Shown here: piece after piece, positions 48,395-57,475 of the stretch
Position numbering within the stretch: position 1 is the first letter of the stretch
Layout of the letters: each line of letters starts with the position of its first letter
DNA from: Thiotrichaceae bacterium
GTDB taxonomy: Bacteria > Pseudomonadota > Gammaproteobacteria > SZUA-140
Reading direction: 5' to 3'
DNA length: 64,000 nucleotides
Assembly (NCBI GenBank): GCA_002401765.2
Contig: NVTY02000019.1
Coordinates: 47,845 to 111,844, forward strand
Made by a program: the position numbers and the translations under genes
The notes under the pieces: model-generated
Database searches by the model: none
Seen by the model: only the letters and a program-made list of their open reading frames with translations
What the model was told of the DNA's origin: nothing

Positions 48395-49243
48395 ATGGTG
48401 CAGTTACAATCACATACTAAAGTTCGTTGTTTTGACGGTTGGTTATATAGCTGCTCGCACCACTCTGCGTCTTGCCGTAGTGAGATGCGCTTTGCAGTCT
48501 TCTTGCCACCACAGGCTGAAACCGAACCTGTGCCTGCTCTTTACTGGTTGTCTGGGCTCTCCTGTACCGAAGAAAATTTTATGGCAAAGGCCGGAGCGCA
48601 GCGTCTCGCATCTGAGTTAGGGGTGGCACTGATTGCATCGGATACCAGCCCTCGCAATACCGGTATTGTGGGTGAAGATGATCACTGGGACTTGGGCAGT
48701 GGCGCCGGGTTTTATGTTAATGCCACTGAGCCGGGCTGGCGTGAACATTACCAGATGTATGATTACATCACGCAGGAATTACCCGCCCTGATAGAGACGA
48801 AATTTGCAGTAGATCCAACCAGAAAATCTATCTTTGGCCACTCGATGGGTGGGCATGGTGCGTTGATAGCCGCATTGAAAAACCCATCGATTTATCGTTC
48901 TGTCTCTGCATTTTCTCCTATCTGTGCGCCAAGCCGCTGTCCGTGGGGTGAAAAAGCATTTGGCAGTTACCTGGGGGCTGACCACGCTACCTGGGCGGCC
49001 TATGATGCGAGTTTACTAGTGCAGAATCATGTGCTTGACAACCCTATATTAGTCGATCAAGGGTGCTCGGATGGCTTTCTTGATCAACAATTAAATCCTT
49101 TAATCTTTAAAGCGGCCTGCGAGGCATCGGGTCAGGCACTCACGTTACGGTTCCATGATGGCTATGATCACAGCTACTTTTTTATCGCCACTTTTATGGC
49201 GGACCATTTACGTTTTCATGCGAATTATTTGTTTGATCAATAG
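48395..49243 (+). CDS. fghA: S-formylglutathione hydrolase (esterase D)
   Basis: LSGLSCTEENF, the GHSMGGHGAL nucleophile elbow, DQFL-type and GYDHSYFF motifs. Follows frmA. Confidence 0.9.
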   Translation: MVQLQSHTKVRCFDGWLYSCSHHSASCRSEMRFAVFLPPQAETEPVPALYWLSGLSCTEENFMAKAGAQRLASELGVALIASDTSPRNTGIVGEDDHWDLGSGAGFYVNATEPGWREHYQMYDYITQELPALIETKFAVDPTRKSIFGHSMGGHGALIAALKNPSIYRSVSAFSPICAPSRCPWGEKAFGSYLGADHATWAAYDASLLVQNHVLDNPILVDQGCSDGFLDQQLNPLIFKAACEASGQALTLRFHDGYDHSYFFIATFMADHLRFHANYLFDQ

Positions 49244-49324
49244 CGACAATTGAACGCAATATTTCACGGCTCAATGCGGGGTGGGGGCCGTTTGCCATGA
49301 TCGATTGATGTCGTGTACTTTCAA

Positions 49325-49861
49325 TTATTGAAAGGGTTGAGTGGAGATTTCCAGTGTCTCTGTGCTATTCGTAAGCCAGATGCTGTCATCTTGAATGGTG
49401 CAATTAAGTTGCATCTGTCTGGCGATGAGTTTGTCGATGAGTTGGCTATTGTTGATGATGATTTTCGCAATGGTCAGGTTGTTAGTGTTTTTGGTGCGTG
49501 CTGAAAGCTGTTGCCACCAAACGTCCCCGCCGCGTGGTTGATAGCTATAAATCAGTACCTGCTGTGCACGACCGCATGCTTTACGCAGGCGTTTCTCATC
49601 AGGATGGCCTAGTTCAATCCACTGTTCAATTTCACCGCTGTCAGCGTGACGCCATAGATCGGGTTCGTCTGCCGAGCTGATACCCTTGGTAAATTCGAGC
49701 GCTGAATGTGCGTTCAGTGCGAACGCAATAATACGATAGAACATGCGTTCATTATTTTCAGAGGGATGGCGTGCAATGGTGAGTTGATGTGCCTGGTAAT
49801 AGTGGCGGTCGATGTTGTCAACTTGCAGCTCAAGTTTGAAGATAGTTGCCTTAAGTGCCAT
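49325..49861 (-). CDS. yaeQ: YaeQ-family protein
   Basis: MALKATIFKLELQVDNIDRHYY...ARHPSENNERM is the characteristic YaeQ N-terminus. Confidence 0.85.
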   Translation of the reverse strand: MALKATIFKLELQVDNIDRHYYQAHQLTIARHPSENNERMFYRIIAFALNAHSALEFTKGISSADEPDLWRHADSGEIEQWIELGHPDEKRLRKACGRAQQVLIYSYQPRGGDVWWQQLSARTKNTNNLTIAKIIINNSQLIDKLIARQMQLNCTIQDDSIWLTNSTETLEISTQPFQ

Positions 49862-50055
49862 GGATTTCCTGTGAGCGTTTACGGGTGAGTGGCGATAATA
49901 ATAGCAGGCTGTAAAACTGAGAGTGGAATTAAGTCATTATCGCGTTTATGCTGTTTAGTTGATGAGTTTTCGACCGCTGGCATTGCAAGCCTGCCGATTT
50001 TTCTGGATGCCATGAAATATCTCGATGATGAGGTAAACGGCGCGTCTGCTTTCGC

Positions 50056-53025
50056 TTATGTGCTGATGATGACGCGCACTGCATCAAGTCTCAGATGTGC
50101 ATCTTTTAGTGCTAGAGTTAATGCGCTCAATTGGTTTTCAAAAAACAGCACTTCATCGTCGCGTACATTAGGGTTTACCTTTTGCAATGCTTTAAGACGA
50201 TTAATCTCTTTGTTGAGTAAGGTTTGTGAGCGGCTTTGTGCCTCTTGTAAAAAGGCGGGTGCTAGTTTCTCGGCTTGTTGTTCGGCAAGCGGTACCATCT
50301 CGCGCAGTTTCTTGCTGAAGGCGCGGATAATTTTACGGGTCGTTTCACGGTCGACCTTAGCGCGTATTTCTTGCAGCGCTTCACTTGATAGCTCGCTGCT
50401 GTAGTCGCGCCCCTTCGGATCGATCATCACTCGGATCAAGGTTGGCGGCAGATAGCGGTTCGATTGTAGCGCACTGTTACCACTACTCTCTAGTATAAAG
50501 AGGCATTCTAGTAGTAGTGTGCCAGCATTAATCATCGGGTGTTTGATGGCGGCAATTGCCGTGTTGCCTTGTTCGTTGTTAAGTACCATCTCTAATGCGC
50601 CAGTGGTGAGTGGGTGCTCCCAGGTGATGTAGTGCACATCTTCATTGGTGAGTGCGGTATCGCGCTCATAAGTGATGGTCATCCCTTCGCTATGCAGGCC
50701 AGGAAAGCTGCTATTTTGCATGTGGTCACCAGGGCGGATGATTTGGCAGGCATCGCTATGGTGTTCGCTATCGATGCCGTAACAGTCAAATACATGCGAG
50801 AGATATTCGGCAAGCAGCTCGCTATTTTCATTGGCGCTCGCGGCTGCCTTGAGTTGATTGGCGATGAGGGGGCGACATGAGTTGTATTCAAGCAACTGAT
50901 CGCGGCCATTTTGCAGTGCATTGTTTAGCTCGGTGTGGATTTTTTGTGTGGTGCCGATCAACGCATTTAGGTCGTTATCATTTTCATGATCCGCATCGAC
51001 TTGGTAGAGCGTTTCAATCAATGTCGGCATCAGCTTGGTGAAGACATTGTGACCCGCTGGGCAGGTCTGTTCAAAGGCGTTGAGCCCTTCGTGGTACCAG
51101 CGAAACATCACTTCTTGGGCTGTTTTTTCCAGGAATGGCACGTGGATTCTGATGGTGTTTTGTTGTCCGATGCGATCGAGTCGACCGATGCGCTGTTCCA
51201 GTAGGTCTGGGTTTAGCGGGAGATCAAACAGCACCAAATGATGGGCAAATTGAAAGTTACGTCCTTCGCTGCCAATTTCTGAGCAGATCAAAACGGGGCT
51301 GCCATATTCTGGGTCTGAGAAATAGGCGGCAGCGCGATCACGCTCAACAATGGAGAGATGCTGGTGGAATAGCGCCGGGTAGACGCCATCTTTTTTACGC
51401 AGTGCGTCAGCAAGATCCATGGCGGTACCGGCATCGGCTGCAATCACCAGCACCTTAGCGGGTTTGAGTTCTTTTAGTTTTGCGCTTAACCATGCGACGC
51501 GCGGGTCAATCGTGTCCCAGTTCTGCCCAGTCGCAACGCTCTGGTAGGCGAGTTCGGGGCAGAGCAACTGGCGTGTTTCAACCGCCTGGTCTAGCATTAG
51601 CTGTAGCAGGCAGTCGTTATAGGCTGCTGGTTGTGGCAGTGGGTAGCCGCTGACCTTGCGCTCTGGAAAGCCTTTGATCGCTGCGCGGGTGTTGCGGAAC
51701 AGGACGCGCCCAGTGCCATGACGGTCGAGCAGATGTTCGGTGAGTTCATTTCGTATCGCGCTTTCATCCTCAGAGAGCGGACTTCCCAATTGTGTTAGCT
51801 TATCGAGTAGTGGTTGGTTGTCGCCTTCGGCCAGTGTCCCTTGGAGGGTGGCGCGGGTGTTGTCGCTTAATGGTGCTTCGCTCAGCAGTTCTGAGACGGC
51901 GTTTGCAATGGGAGCGTAGTGTTGTTCTTCATTAATGAAGCGTTCGAGATCAGGAAAGCGGTCTGGGTCAAGCAGGCGTAGGCGTGCAAAATGGCTCGCT
52001 TTGCCAAGCTGTTCTGGCGTCGCGGTGAGAAGCAGTACCCCTTTGGTGATAAGGGCCAGTTGTTCGATGCACTGATACTCGATACTTGATTGTTGCGGGC
52101 TCCATTCCAGGTGATGTGCCTCGTCGACAACTAGAAGATCCCATTCGGCAGCGAGTGCCTGCTGGAAATGGTCAGGTTGCTTTACCAGGAACTCAAGGCT
52201 GCAGAGTACTAATTGTTCGCTATTAAACGGACTGGAATCGATATTTTCGTCAGCATCCGTCGGATCATCAATTTCAGCGTCGAGGTGTGCTGCGTCTTCA
52301 GAGTGGTAACCGGCAATCGCCTGGCAGCGTGCTTCGTCGAAGATACTAAAGTGCAGGTTGAAACGACGCAGCATTTCGACGAGCCATTGATGGATAAGGC
52401 TCTCAGGCACCACAATCAAGACGCGTTTGGCACGTTCGGTGAGTAGTTGCTGATGGATGACCATGCCTGCTTCGATGGTCTTGCCTAAGCCGACTTCGTC
52501 GGCAAGTAATACGCGCGGGGCGTAGCGGTTAGCCACTTCATTGGCGATGTAAAGCTGATGAGGGATCAGGGTGGTGCGTACTCCCGTTAGCCCCAACAGT
52601 TCGCTGCGCGCCTGACGGTTGGCATGCACGTGGCTCTGTTGGCGTAGCTCAAACCATTTGTTTTTATCCACCTGACCGCTAAAGAGGCGCTCGGTGGGGC
52701 GGTTGAGTTTGATGAAGTTATCCAGCGAACCCTCTGGGAGCTCGCGTGTATTGCCTTCCTCGTCAGTGCCGTGGTAGAGGACCAAGCCATCCTGCTCTTC
52801 AACTCGTGAGACTTTGAGCGTCCAGCCGTCATGTGCTTTTATTTTGTCGCCCAATGAAAAAACCACACGAGTGAGTGGTGCCGTCAGTTTGGCGTAAGTA
52901 CGTGTTTCACCCGTGGCCATGAACAGCAGGGTGACAGCGCGGTGTTCGCAGCTGAGAACGGTGCCCAGCCCCATTTGAATTTCAGCATTACTAATCCAGC
53001 GTTGGCCGGGGAGAAAATCTTGCAC
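50056..53025 (-). CDS. rapA: RNA polymerase-associated SWI2/SNF2 ATPase RapA (HepA)
   Basis: 989 aa. N-terminal FLPGQRWISNAE..GLGTV, helicase motifs LLADEVGLGKTIEA and DEAHHLEW, and the C-terminal helicase domain QRIGRLDRIGQ. Confidence 0.9.
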   Translation of the reverse strand: MQDFLPGQRWISNAEIQMGLGTVLSCEHRAVTLLFMATGETRTYAKLTAPLTRVVFSLGDKIKAHDGWTLKVSRVEEQDGLVLYHGTDEEGNTRELPEGSLDNFIKLNRPTERLFSGQVDKNKWFELRQQSHVHANRQARSELLGLTGVRTTLIPHQLYIANEVANRYAPRVLLADEVGLGKTIEAGMVIHQQLLTERAKRVLIVVPESLIHQWLVEMLRRFNLHFSIFDEARCQAIAGYHSEDAAHLDAEIDDPTDADENIDSSPFNSEQLVLCSLEFLVKQPDHFQQALAAEWDLLVVDEAHHLEWSPQQSSIEYQCIEQLALITKGVLLLTATPEQLGKASHFARLRLLDPDRFPDLERFINEEQHYAPIANAVSELLSEAPLSDNTRATLQGTLAEGDNQPLLDKLTQLGSPLSEDESAIRNELTEHLLDRHGTGRVLFRNTRAAIKGFPERKVSGYPLPQPAAYNDCLLQLMLDQAVETRQLLCPELAYQSVATGQNWDTIDPRVAWLSAKLKELKPAKVLVIAADAGTAMDLADALRKKDGVYPALFHQHLSIVERDRAAAYFSDPEYGSPVLICSEIGSEGRNFQFAHHLVLFDLPLNPDLLEQRIGRLDRIGQQNTIRIHVPFLEKTAQEVMFRWYHEGLNAFEQTCPAGHNVFTKLMPTLIETLYQVDADHENDNDLNALIGTTQKIHTELNNALQNGRDQLLEYNSCRPLIANQLKAAASANENSELLAEYLSHVFDCYGIDSEHHSDACQIIRPGDHMQNSSFPGLHSEGMTITYERDTALTNEDVHYITWEHPLTTGALEMVLNNEQGNTAIAAIKHPMINAGTLLLECLFILESSGNSALQSNRYLPPTLIRVMIDPKGRDYSSELSSEALQEIRAKVDRETTRKIIRAFSKKLREMVPLAEQQAEKLAPAFLQEAQSRSQTLLNKEINRLKALQKVNPNVRDDEVLFFENQLSALTLALKDAHLRLDAVRVIIST

Positions 53026-53253
53026 AGTGTTAATACCCTTAAACGGGCCGGGACAATATCGCCGACCGAAAAAATAGAGGCGTATTTTAGAGGAAATGGC
53101 GAAAAAAATCCCTGTTATCTTCGCTTTTAATATTGTGATGGTTTGTATCGTTGATTATTGATAGTCAATCGATCAATCAATCTCTAATATAGACTATAAG
53201 GATCTTAATTTTTACTATTTTGCCAGAATCAAAAAACTAGTGTGAGGGGAAGC

Positions 53254-53739
53254 ATGGCTGGATTTATATTGGAGCAGTGGCATTGGTGGACCATCACGTT
53301 ATTGGCTTGTTCGTTTGCATTCTACTTTGCCAACAGTAAGCCTGCCTGGGTGGCGATTTCATCCACGGTGGTGGGGGGGATTCTATGGTTTAATCCCGCA
53401 TTCCCAACGATGTATCAACTGGGGGTGTTTTTTGCCATTGCCTCGGTGGGCTTTGTGTTGACGACTTTGATCCTGGATTTTTTTAAGGGTGATGTCGTTG
53501 AGGTCGAGGATGTGGCGCCGAAGCGGGTGCTACGTGTTGATCGTTTAGTTGGGCATGTTATCACGCTTGATAGCCCCATCGTCAATGGTAATGGGGTGCT
53601 TGAAATGCAGGGGGCGACTTTGCGTTTACGTGGCGCTGACTGCGAGGCTGGCGAAAAGGTCCGTGTGACGGGTATTGATGGCATTGACCGTGAATTGATT
53701 CTGGTTGAACCAGCTGAGGGTGCTGAAGAGTATAATTAG
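53254..53739 (+). CDS. NfeD-family membrane protein (short form, C-terminal OB fold)
   Basis: Three TM helices followed by a soluble beta-rich tail (GHVITLDSPIVNGNGVLEMQGATLRLRGADCEAGEKVRVTGIDG..LILVEP). Confidence 0.6.
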   Translation: MAGFILEQWHWWTITLLACSFAFYFANSKPAWVAISSTVVGGILWFNPAFPTMYQLGVFFAIASVGFVLTTLILDFFKGDVVEVEDVAPKRVLRVDRLVGHVITLDSPIVNGNGVLEMQGATLRLRGADCEAGEKVRVTGIDGIDRELILVEPAEGAEEYN

Positions 53740-53750
53740 TTTTTCTCTCG

Positions 53751-53791
53751 AAAAAAGCCCCTCATGAATGAATCATGGGGAGGGGCTTTTT
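53751..53791. terminator. Bidirectional rho-independent terminator
   Basis: AAAAAAGCCCCTC-(loop)-GAGGGGCTTTTT. A GC-rich stem with an A-tract on one side and a T-tract on the other, lying between convergent genes. Confidence 0.7.
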
Positions 53792-53815
53792 GTGAGTGCT
53801 AATGTGGCAAGGGGG

Positions 53816-54508
53816 TTAGGCTGTATGCCTTGGTTTGCGGCGTGCGAACAGTAGTCCCGCTAGCCCCAGGCCGAGAAGAGCGGCTGTTGCGGGTTCCGAT
53901 ACGCTGGTGCTACATGGGTCGTTGTTGATAGAAAAGTTGCCCATTCCCCATTGGAAGGGGTCGATGGTGACCGATGTGATGGCGGAGCACTGGCCTTGGC
54001 GGTTGTCTGCATAGATGCCAAAGCCGGGGGTTTCGCTAGCGCTGAGTCCAAAATAGTGCTTGTTTTCAATCCCGCTTCCATCAAATTCAGTAGCGGTTAA
54101 CCAACCGCGTGCGGACATGTTTGAGCCCACATTAAATGAAAATGCACGGGTGTTTTCTGGTAATAAAATGGTTACCCAGTTAACGCCGGTGGTGAAAATA
54201 TCATAATTATTAGTTTCACCATTCACCCACCAGTCGGTGGAGTCTGCAAGGCCGCGTGACATGTTTAGCGTTGCGCCGCCAGCATCAATAAACGTCAGTA
54301 ACCCATTTAGAGGGGCGCTTACGGTTGATGTGTCTCCGCTCAGAGTATGGTTGACAATGGCAAAGTCAGTCATTGCATACCCGCCGATGGTCTCTGGGGT
54401 GGGTGTGCCGCTGTCGTACTGTTCAAGAATCAATCCTGCATTCGCAATGGATGCGAAAAAGGTCAATGCAAATGTGCTTAGGAGTGCTTTAAATAATTGT
54501 GTAGTCAT
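53816..54508 (-). CDS. PEP-CTERM sorting-signal protein (exosortase substrate)
   Basis: Signal peptide plus a C-terminal VSEPATAALLGLGLAGLLFARRKPR (PEP-like motif, TM helix, basic tail). Confidence 0.7.
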   Translation of the reverse strand: MTTQLFKALLSTFALTFFASIANAGLILEQYDSGTPTPETIGGYAMTDFAIVNHTLSGDTSTVSAPLNGLLTFIDAGGATLNMSRGLADSTDWWVNGETNNYDIFTTGVNWVTILLPENTRAFSFNVGSNMSARGWLTATEFDGSGIENKHYFGLSASETPGFGIYADNRQGQCSAITSVTIDPFQWGMGNFSINNDPCSTSVSEPATAALLGLGLAGLLFARRKPRHTA

Positions 54509-54800
54509 AAAATATCGTGCTCTATTGATTTGTTAACTTGTAGTGAAATCCCTACATTACAGCAGTATGCATTTTTCGTGCCTAAATATTAATTCAATTT
54601 AAATCAAGTGGTTGGTATTATTTTCGACTAATTTCGAGTGTAAGGTGTAAAGTTTATGTATATTTTGAGCGGTTGATGTCGCTTTTTTGTACAGTCGCGT
54701 GGGGTGTGAGCTTTTGATTGAAGGCTGGTAACATCAGCCCGGTGTTTTTGCGGCGATGTAATGGGATTGCTGTTTGTGTAACTTTAATTAGGAAGGCTTT

Positions 54801-55280
54801 GTGACCAATAACGATGTATTACGCCGAATTCGCTACGCCTTTGATTTTAACGATTCGAAGATGATGGCCATATTTTCGCAGGCAGACCATGAGGTGACGC
54901 GTGAACAGGTGAGTGCTTGGCTGAAGGCGGACGATGACGTGGCCTTTCAGAAGTGTCGCGATGTTCAGTTGGCTGTTTTTCTCAATGGTTTGATTAATGA
55001 TCGCCGAGGGCGGCGGGAGGGCAAGCAGCCTGAGCCTGAGCGGCGTTTAAACTATAATATTGTTTTTCGAAAGTTGAAGATCGCCTTAAACCTAACCGCG
55101 GAAGAGATACTCGCTATTTTTGAGCTGACCAATGTGCGCATCAGTAAGCATGAATTGAGTGCTTTTTTTCGTAAGCCATCACATAAAAACTATCGTGAAT
55201 GCCAGAGTCAGGTGTTACGCAATTTTTTGATGGGGATACAGCTTAAATATCGCCCTAGGGAGGCTGTCGGGTTTAGGTGA
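54801..55280 (+). CDS. DUF1456 (YehS-like) protein
   Basis: NNDVLRRIRYAFDFNDSKMMAIF...VSAWLK, then a second repeat (NIVFRKLKIALNLTAEEILAIF), as in the duplicated YehS architecture. The last ~9 codons and the stop lie inside MITE-A copy 2. Confidence 0.75.
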   Translation: MTNNDVLRRIRYAFDFNDSKMMAIFSQADHEVTREQVSAWLKADDDVAFQKCRDVQLAVFLNGLINDRRGRREGKQPEPERRLNYNIVFRKLKIALNLTAEEILAIFELTNVRISKHELSAFFRKPSHKNYRECQSQVLRNFLMGIQLKYRPREAVGFR

Positions 55281-55463
55281 GCGCGTGGCGAGGGAAGGCC
55301 ATTTTGTACCCAGAGGGCATAGCAAAATCCATTTATTGGATCGTTTGAGGTGAATATTGAGTATATTCAACGAAAAGGATTGGAGAAATGGGTCGAAAGG
55401 GTTTTTACCCAGAGGGCACTATGTCTGCAGTAGGATTCATCCTAAGTCCGACAGCTTCCTAAG
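55253..55463. mobile_element. MITE-like element, family A, copy 2
   Basis: Terminal inverted repeats CCTAGGGAGGCTGTCGGGTTTAGG (55253-76) and CCTAAGTCCGACAGCTTCCTAAG (55441-63). Shares the CCATTTTGTA...AAAATCCATTTATTGGATCGTTTGAGG...ATTCAACGAAAAGGAT core with copy 1 and carries an extra ~20 nt internal duplication. Confidence 0.6.
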
Positions 55464-55499
55464 AGAAGAAGCTGTATTGTGAGTGCGGTGAACGGGTCG

Positions 55500-55754
55500 T
55501 TATTCTTCATCAGGCTTAGGTTCGGCCTTTTTGACGCGAATTTTACTGCCGTCGATCTCTTTGCCGTTGAGCATCTTGATGGCGATCTTTGCTTCGCCTG
55601 CTTTGGGCATTTCAACAAAACCAAAGCCTTTGGAGTCACCCGTTTTTTTGTCCATCACCAATGAGCATGACTGCACGAACCCATGCGCTTCAAACATCGT
55701 TAGCAGCATGTTTTCAGTGGTAGTGCGGGCCAGGTTTCGAATGAGTAGTTTCAT
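55500..55754 (-). CDS. RRM-type RNA-binding protein
   Basis: RNP2 KLLIRNL and RNP1 KGFGFVEM. 84 aa. Confidence 0.85.
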   Translation of the reverse strand: MKLLIRNLARTTTENMLLTMFEAHGFVQSCSLVMDKKTGDSKGFGFVEMPKAGEAKIAIKMLNGKEIDGSKIRVKKAEPKPDEE

Positions 55755-55784
55755 GGGGTCTCCGGGTTGTGATTAGCGCCGCTA

Positions 55785-56369
55785 CTATACATCAATCACA
55801 GGCTTGTGTTGACGGCAGTCTGACAATTGCTGCACTGTTTCAGTGAGGCCCTGCTTTTCTAGCAGGTCCATATTGGTTTGTGGAATGGCGTGGACATCCG
55901 GATGGGTGGCGCGTGCTTGCTTGATGCTCTCTTCTAAAATTAGGTGAAACATTGGGTAGAGTGAGCGGTTGGTGTAATTACGCACGTCATCGGCATCTAG
56001 GTCAGCAAACTGGTAATCAGGGTGGAAGCTGGCCACCTGAATAATCCCGAGGAGATGAAGTTGTTCGATGAGTCTATCCACAACACCCAGAAATTCATTG
56101 TAATCACTAAAATCAGAAAAACAGTTAGGGGTGATGAGCAGTGTGGTTTCAATGCTGTTGATATCGCTATTACGCAATGCTAACAGCGCTTGAAGGAGAG
56201 ACTCAGCGATCGCTTCTGCCTCGTTTGCCTGAGAGACAAGGTAGTGAATGGTCCCTTGTTTGAACGGTTTGTGAGCGAAAGGGCAGAGGTTGTGGCGCAG
56301 CACGATGTTTTTTAGCCAGCGCCGTGTCTCTTCAATTACTTGCGCTTGTGTGGTGGTGCTAAGTGGCAT
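55785..56369 (-). CDS. DUF1415-family protein
   Basis: The N-terminal W...V..HNLCPFA motif and ~190 aa length fit DUF1415. The family call is from memory. Confidence 0.6.
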   Translation of the reverse strand: MPLSTTTQAQVIEETRRWLKNIVLRHNLCPFAHKPFKQGTIHYLVSQANEAEAIAESLLQALLALRNSDINSIETTLLITPNCFSDFSDYNEFLGVVDRLIEQLHLLGIIQVASFHPDYQFADLDADDVRNYTNRSLYPMFHLILEESIKQARATHPDVHAIPQTNMDLLEKQGLTETVQQLSDCRQHKPVIDV

Positions 56370-56802
56370 CGCTTAACGCCACCTGATCGCCGATTGCAAT
56401 CGCGCCATCTTGTATGACGCGGCAACAGACGCCGCCCCGCCAATCCTTTGTTAAAGCCTCAAATAGTTTGTGATGCGTCTCTTGCATGCGATTGCAAGGA
56501 TCTGTTTCGCGCGTGATTAGCAGTATTAATGGACCAATCTGGAGTAATTTCCCTATTGATTGGTATAGGTTGATCTCTTCAATATAGAGATTTGCACGAC
56601 GACTCACCCAGGGGAGTGGCTGTTTGATCTCCTGGCAGGCTGCTTGCCACTCTTCACGTGCCAAGACGGTGACTTGTCGTTCGCCCGGTTTGCCGCGAAA
56701 GTCATCCGCAACGCCAGTGGTAGTGGTGACGGAGGCCGTTTCAAGCTGCTGCATGGCGCCGCGTTTTTTATGTCTAATGGCGATACCGAGTAAGCGTCCC
56801 AC
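56359..56802 (-). CDS. MOSC-domain protein
   Basis: 147 aa. Beta-barrel MOSC pattern with the conserved Cys in TRETDPCNRM and GGVCCRVIQDG. Confidence 0.7.
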   Translation of the reverse strand: MGRLLGIAIRHKKRGAMQQLETASVTTTTGVADDFRGKPGERQVTVLAREEWQAACQEIKQPLPWVSRRANLYIEEINLYQSIGKLLQIGPLILLITRETDPCNRMQETHHKLFEALTKDWRGGVCCRVIQDGAIAIGDQVALSDAT

Positions 56803-56923
56803 AGTGATGGTTGATCCTTGTGATTTATTAAGGTGGCACGATACTGATTTATGGCAAGAAATTCAAAGTAATATGTGATTCTATGCCTGTGATTGATGAC
56901 GCAGAATTATCAGCTAATACACG

Positions 56924-56951
56924 TTGACAATAAGGGTATGGTGTATATAAT
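56924..56951 (+). promoter_or_regulatory. Consensus sigma-70 promoter for cspA, giving a ~160 nt 5' UTR
   Basis: TTGACA (56924-29), a 16 nt spacer, then TATAAT (56946-51). The distance to ATG 57119 resembles the long thermosensing leader of E. coli cspA. Confidence 0.5.
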
Positions 56952-57118
56952 TCTAATTGCTTGAAAGTTCGTCTTACATTTATGCACAACCATTTCGAAG
57001 TCCTGTATTAGTTTTCGTCCTGTTTATCATAAGTAATAGCAACACTTCTCAACAAATGGCTGGTTCACATTAAAGTGGGGCAGCTGAAATTACTCAAATT
57101 TAAATTAGGATTATTATT

Positions 57119-57325
57119 ATGTCTACAACTACCGGTACCGTTAAGTGGTTCAACGAATCTAAAGGTTTTGGTTTCATTGAGCAGCAGTCTGGTCCAGATG
57201 TTTTTGCTCATTTCAGCGCTATCTCAGGTGACGGTTTCAAAACCCTTACCGAAGGTCAGCAGGTTGAATTCACCGTGACTCAGGGTCAGAAAGGTCCTCA
57301 GGCTGAGAACATCGTAGCGATCTAG
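57119..57325 (+). CDS. cspA: Major cold-shock protein (CspA family)
   Basis: [15 protein letters not shown] (RNP1) and VFAHFSAI (RNP2). 68 aa. Confidence 0.9.
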   Translation: MSTTTGTVKWFNESKGFGFIEQQSGPDVFAHFSAISGDGFKTLTEGQQVEFTVTQGQKGPQAENIVAI

Positions 57326-57390
57326 TTTTAGCATCGCTGTCGGCCTCTTTTGGTCGGCATCGCTCTAATTAATTTTAGGGCAAAATAAAA

Positions 57391-57421
57391 AGGGTGGGGC
57401 CTGATGGCCTTGCCCTTTTTT
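57391..57421 (+). terminator. Rho-independent terminator after cspA
   Basis: AGGGTGGGGCC-tgat-GGCCTTGCCCT followed by TTTTTT. Confidence 0.7.
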
Positions 57422-57475
57422 GTTGGTGAGCTATGCTGCCAGCATCCATTTACGGCCGCGACTGGAGCCACTCCC

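Noticed and set aside
49889-50404. 171 aa plus-strand ORF overlapping the 3' end of rapA
   Set aside because: It is mostly antisense to a very well supported 989 aa RapA gene. The composition is serine/cysteine-rich with low complexity. There is no RBS and no recognisable family. It is a typical shadow ORF.
53151-53183. TTGATTATTGATAGTCAATCGATCAATCAATC, a possible Fur box or iteron in the rapA/nfeD intergenic region
   Set aside because: It only loosely matches the GATAATGATAATCATTATC consensus when aligned by eye. The repeated CAATC units are short and AT-rich DNA produces such patterns easily. No iron-related gene is adjacent.
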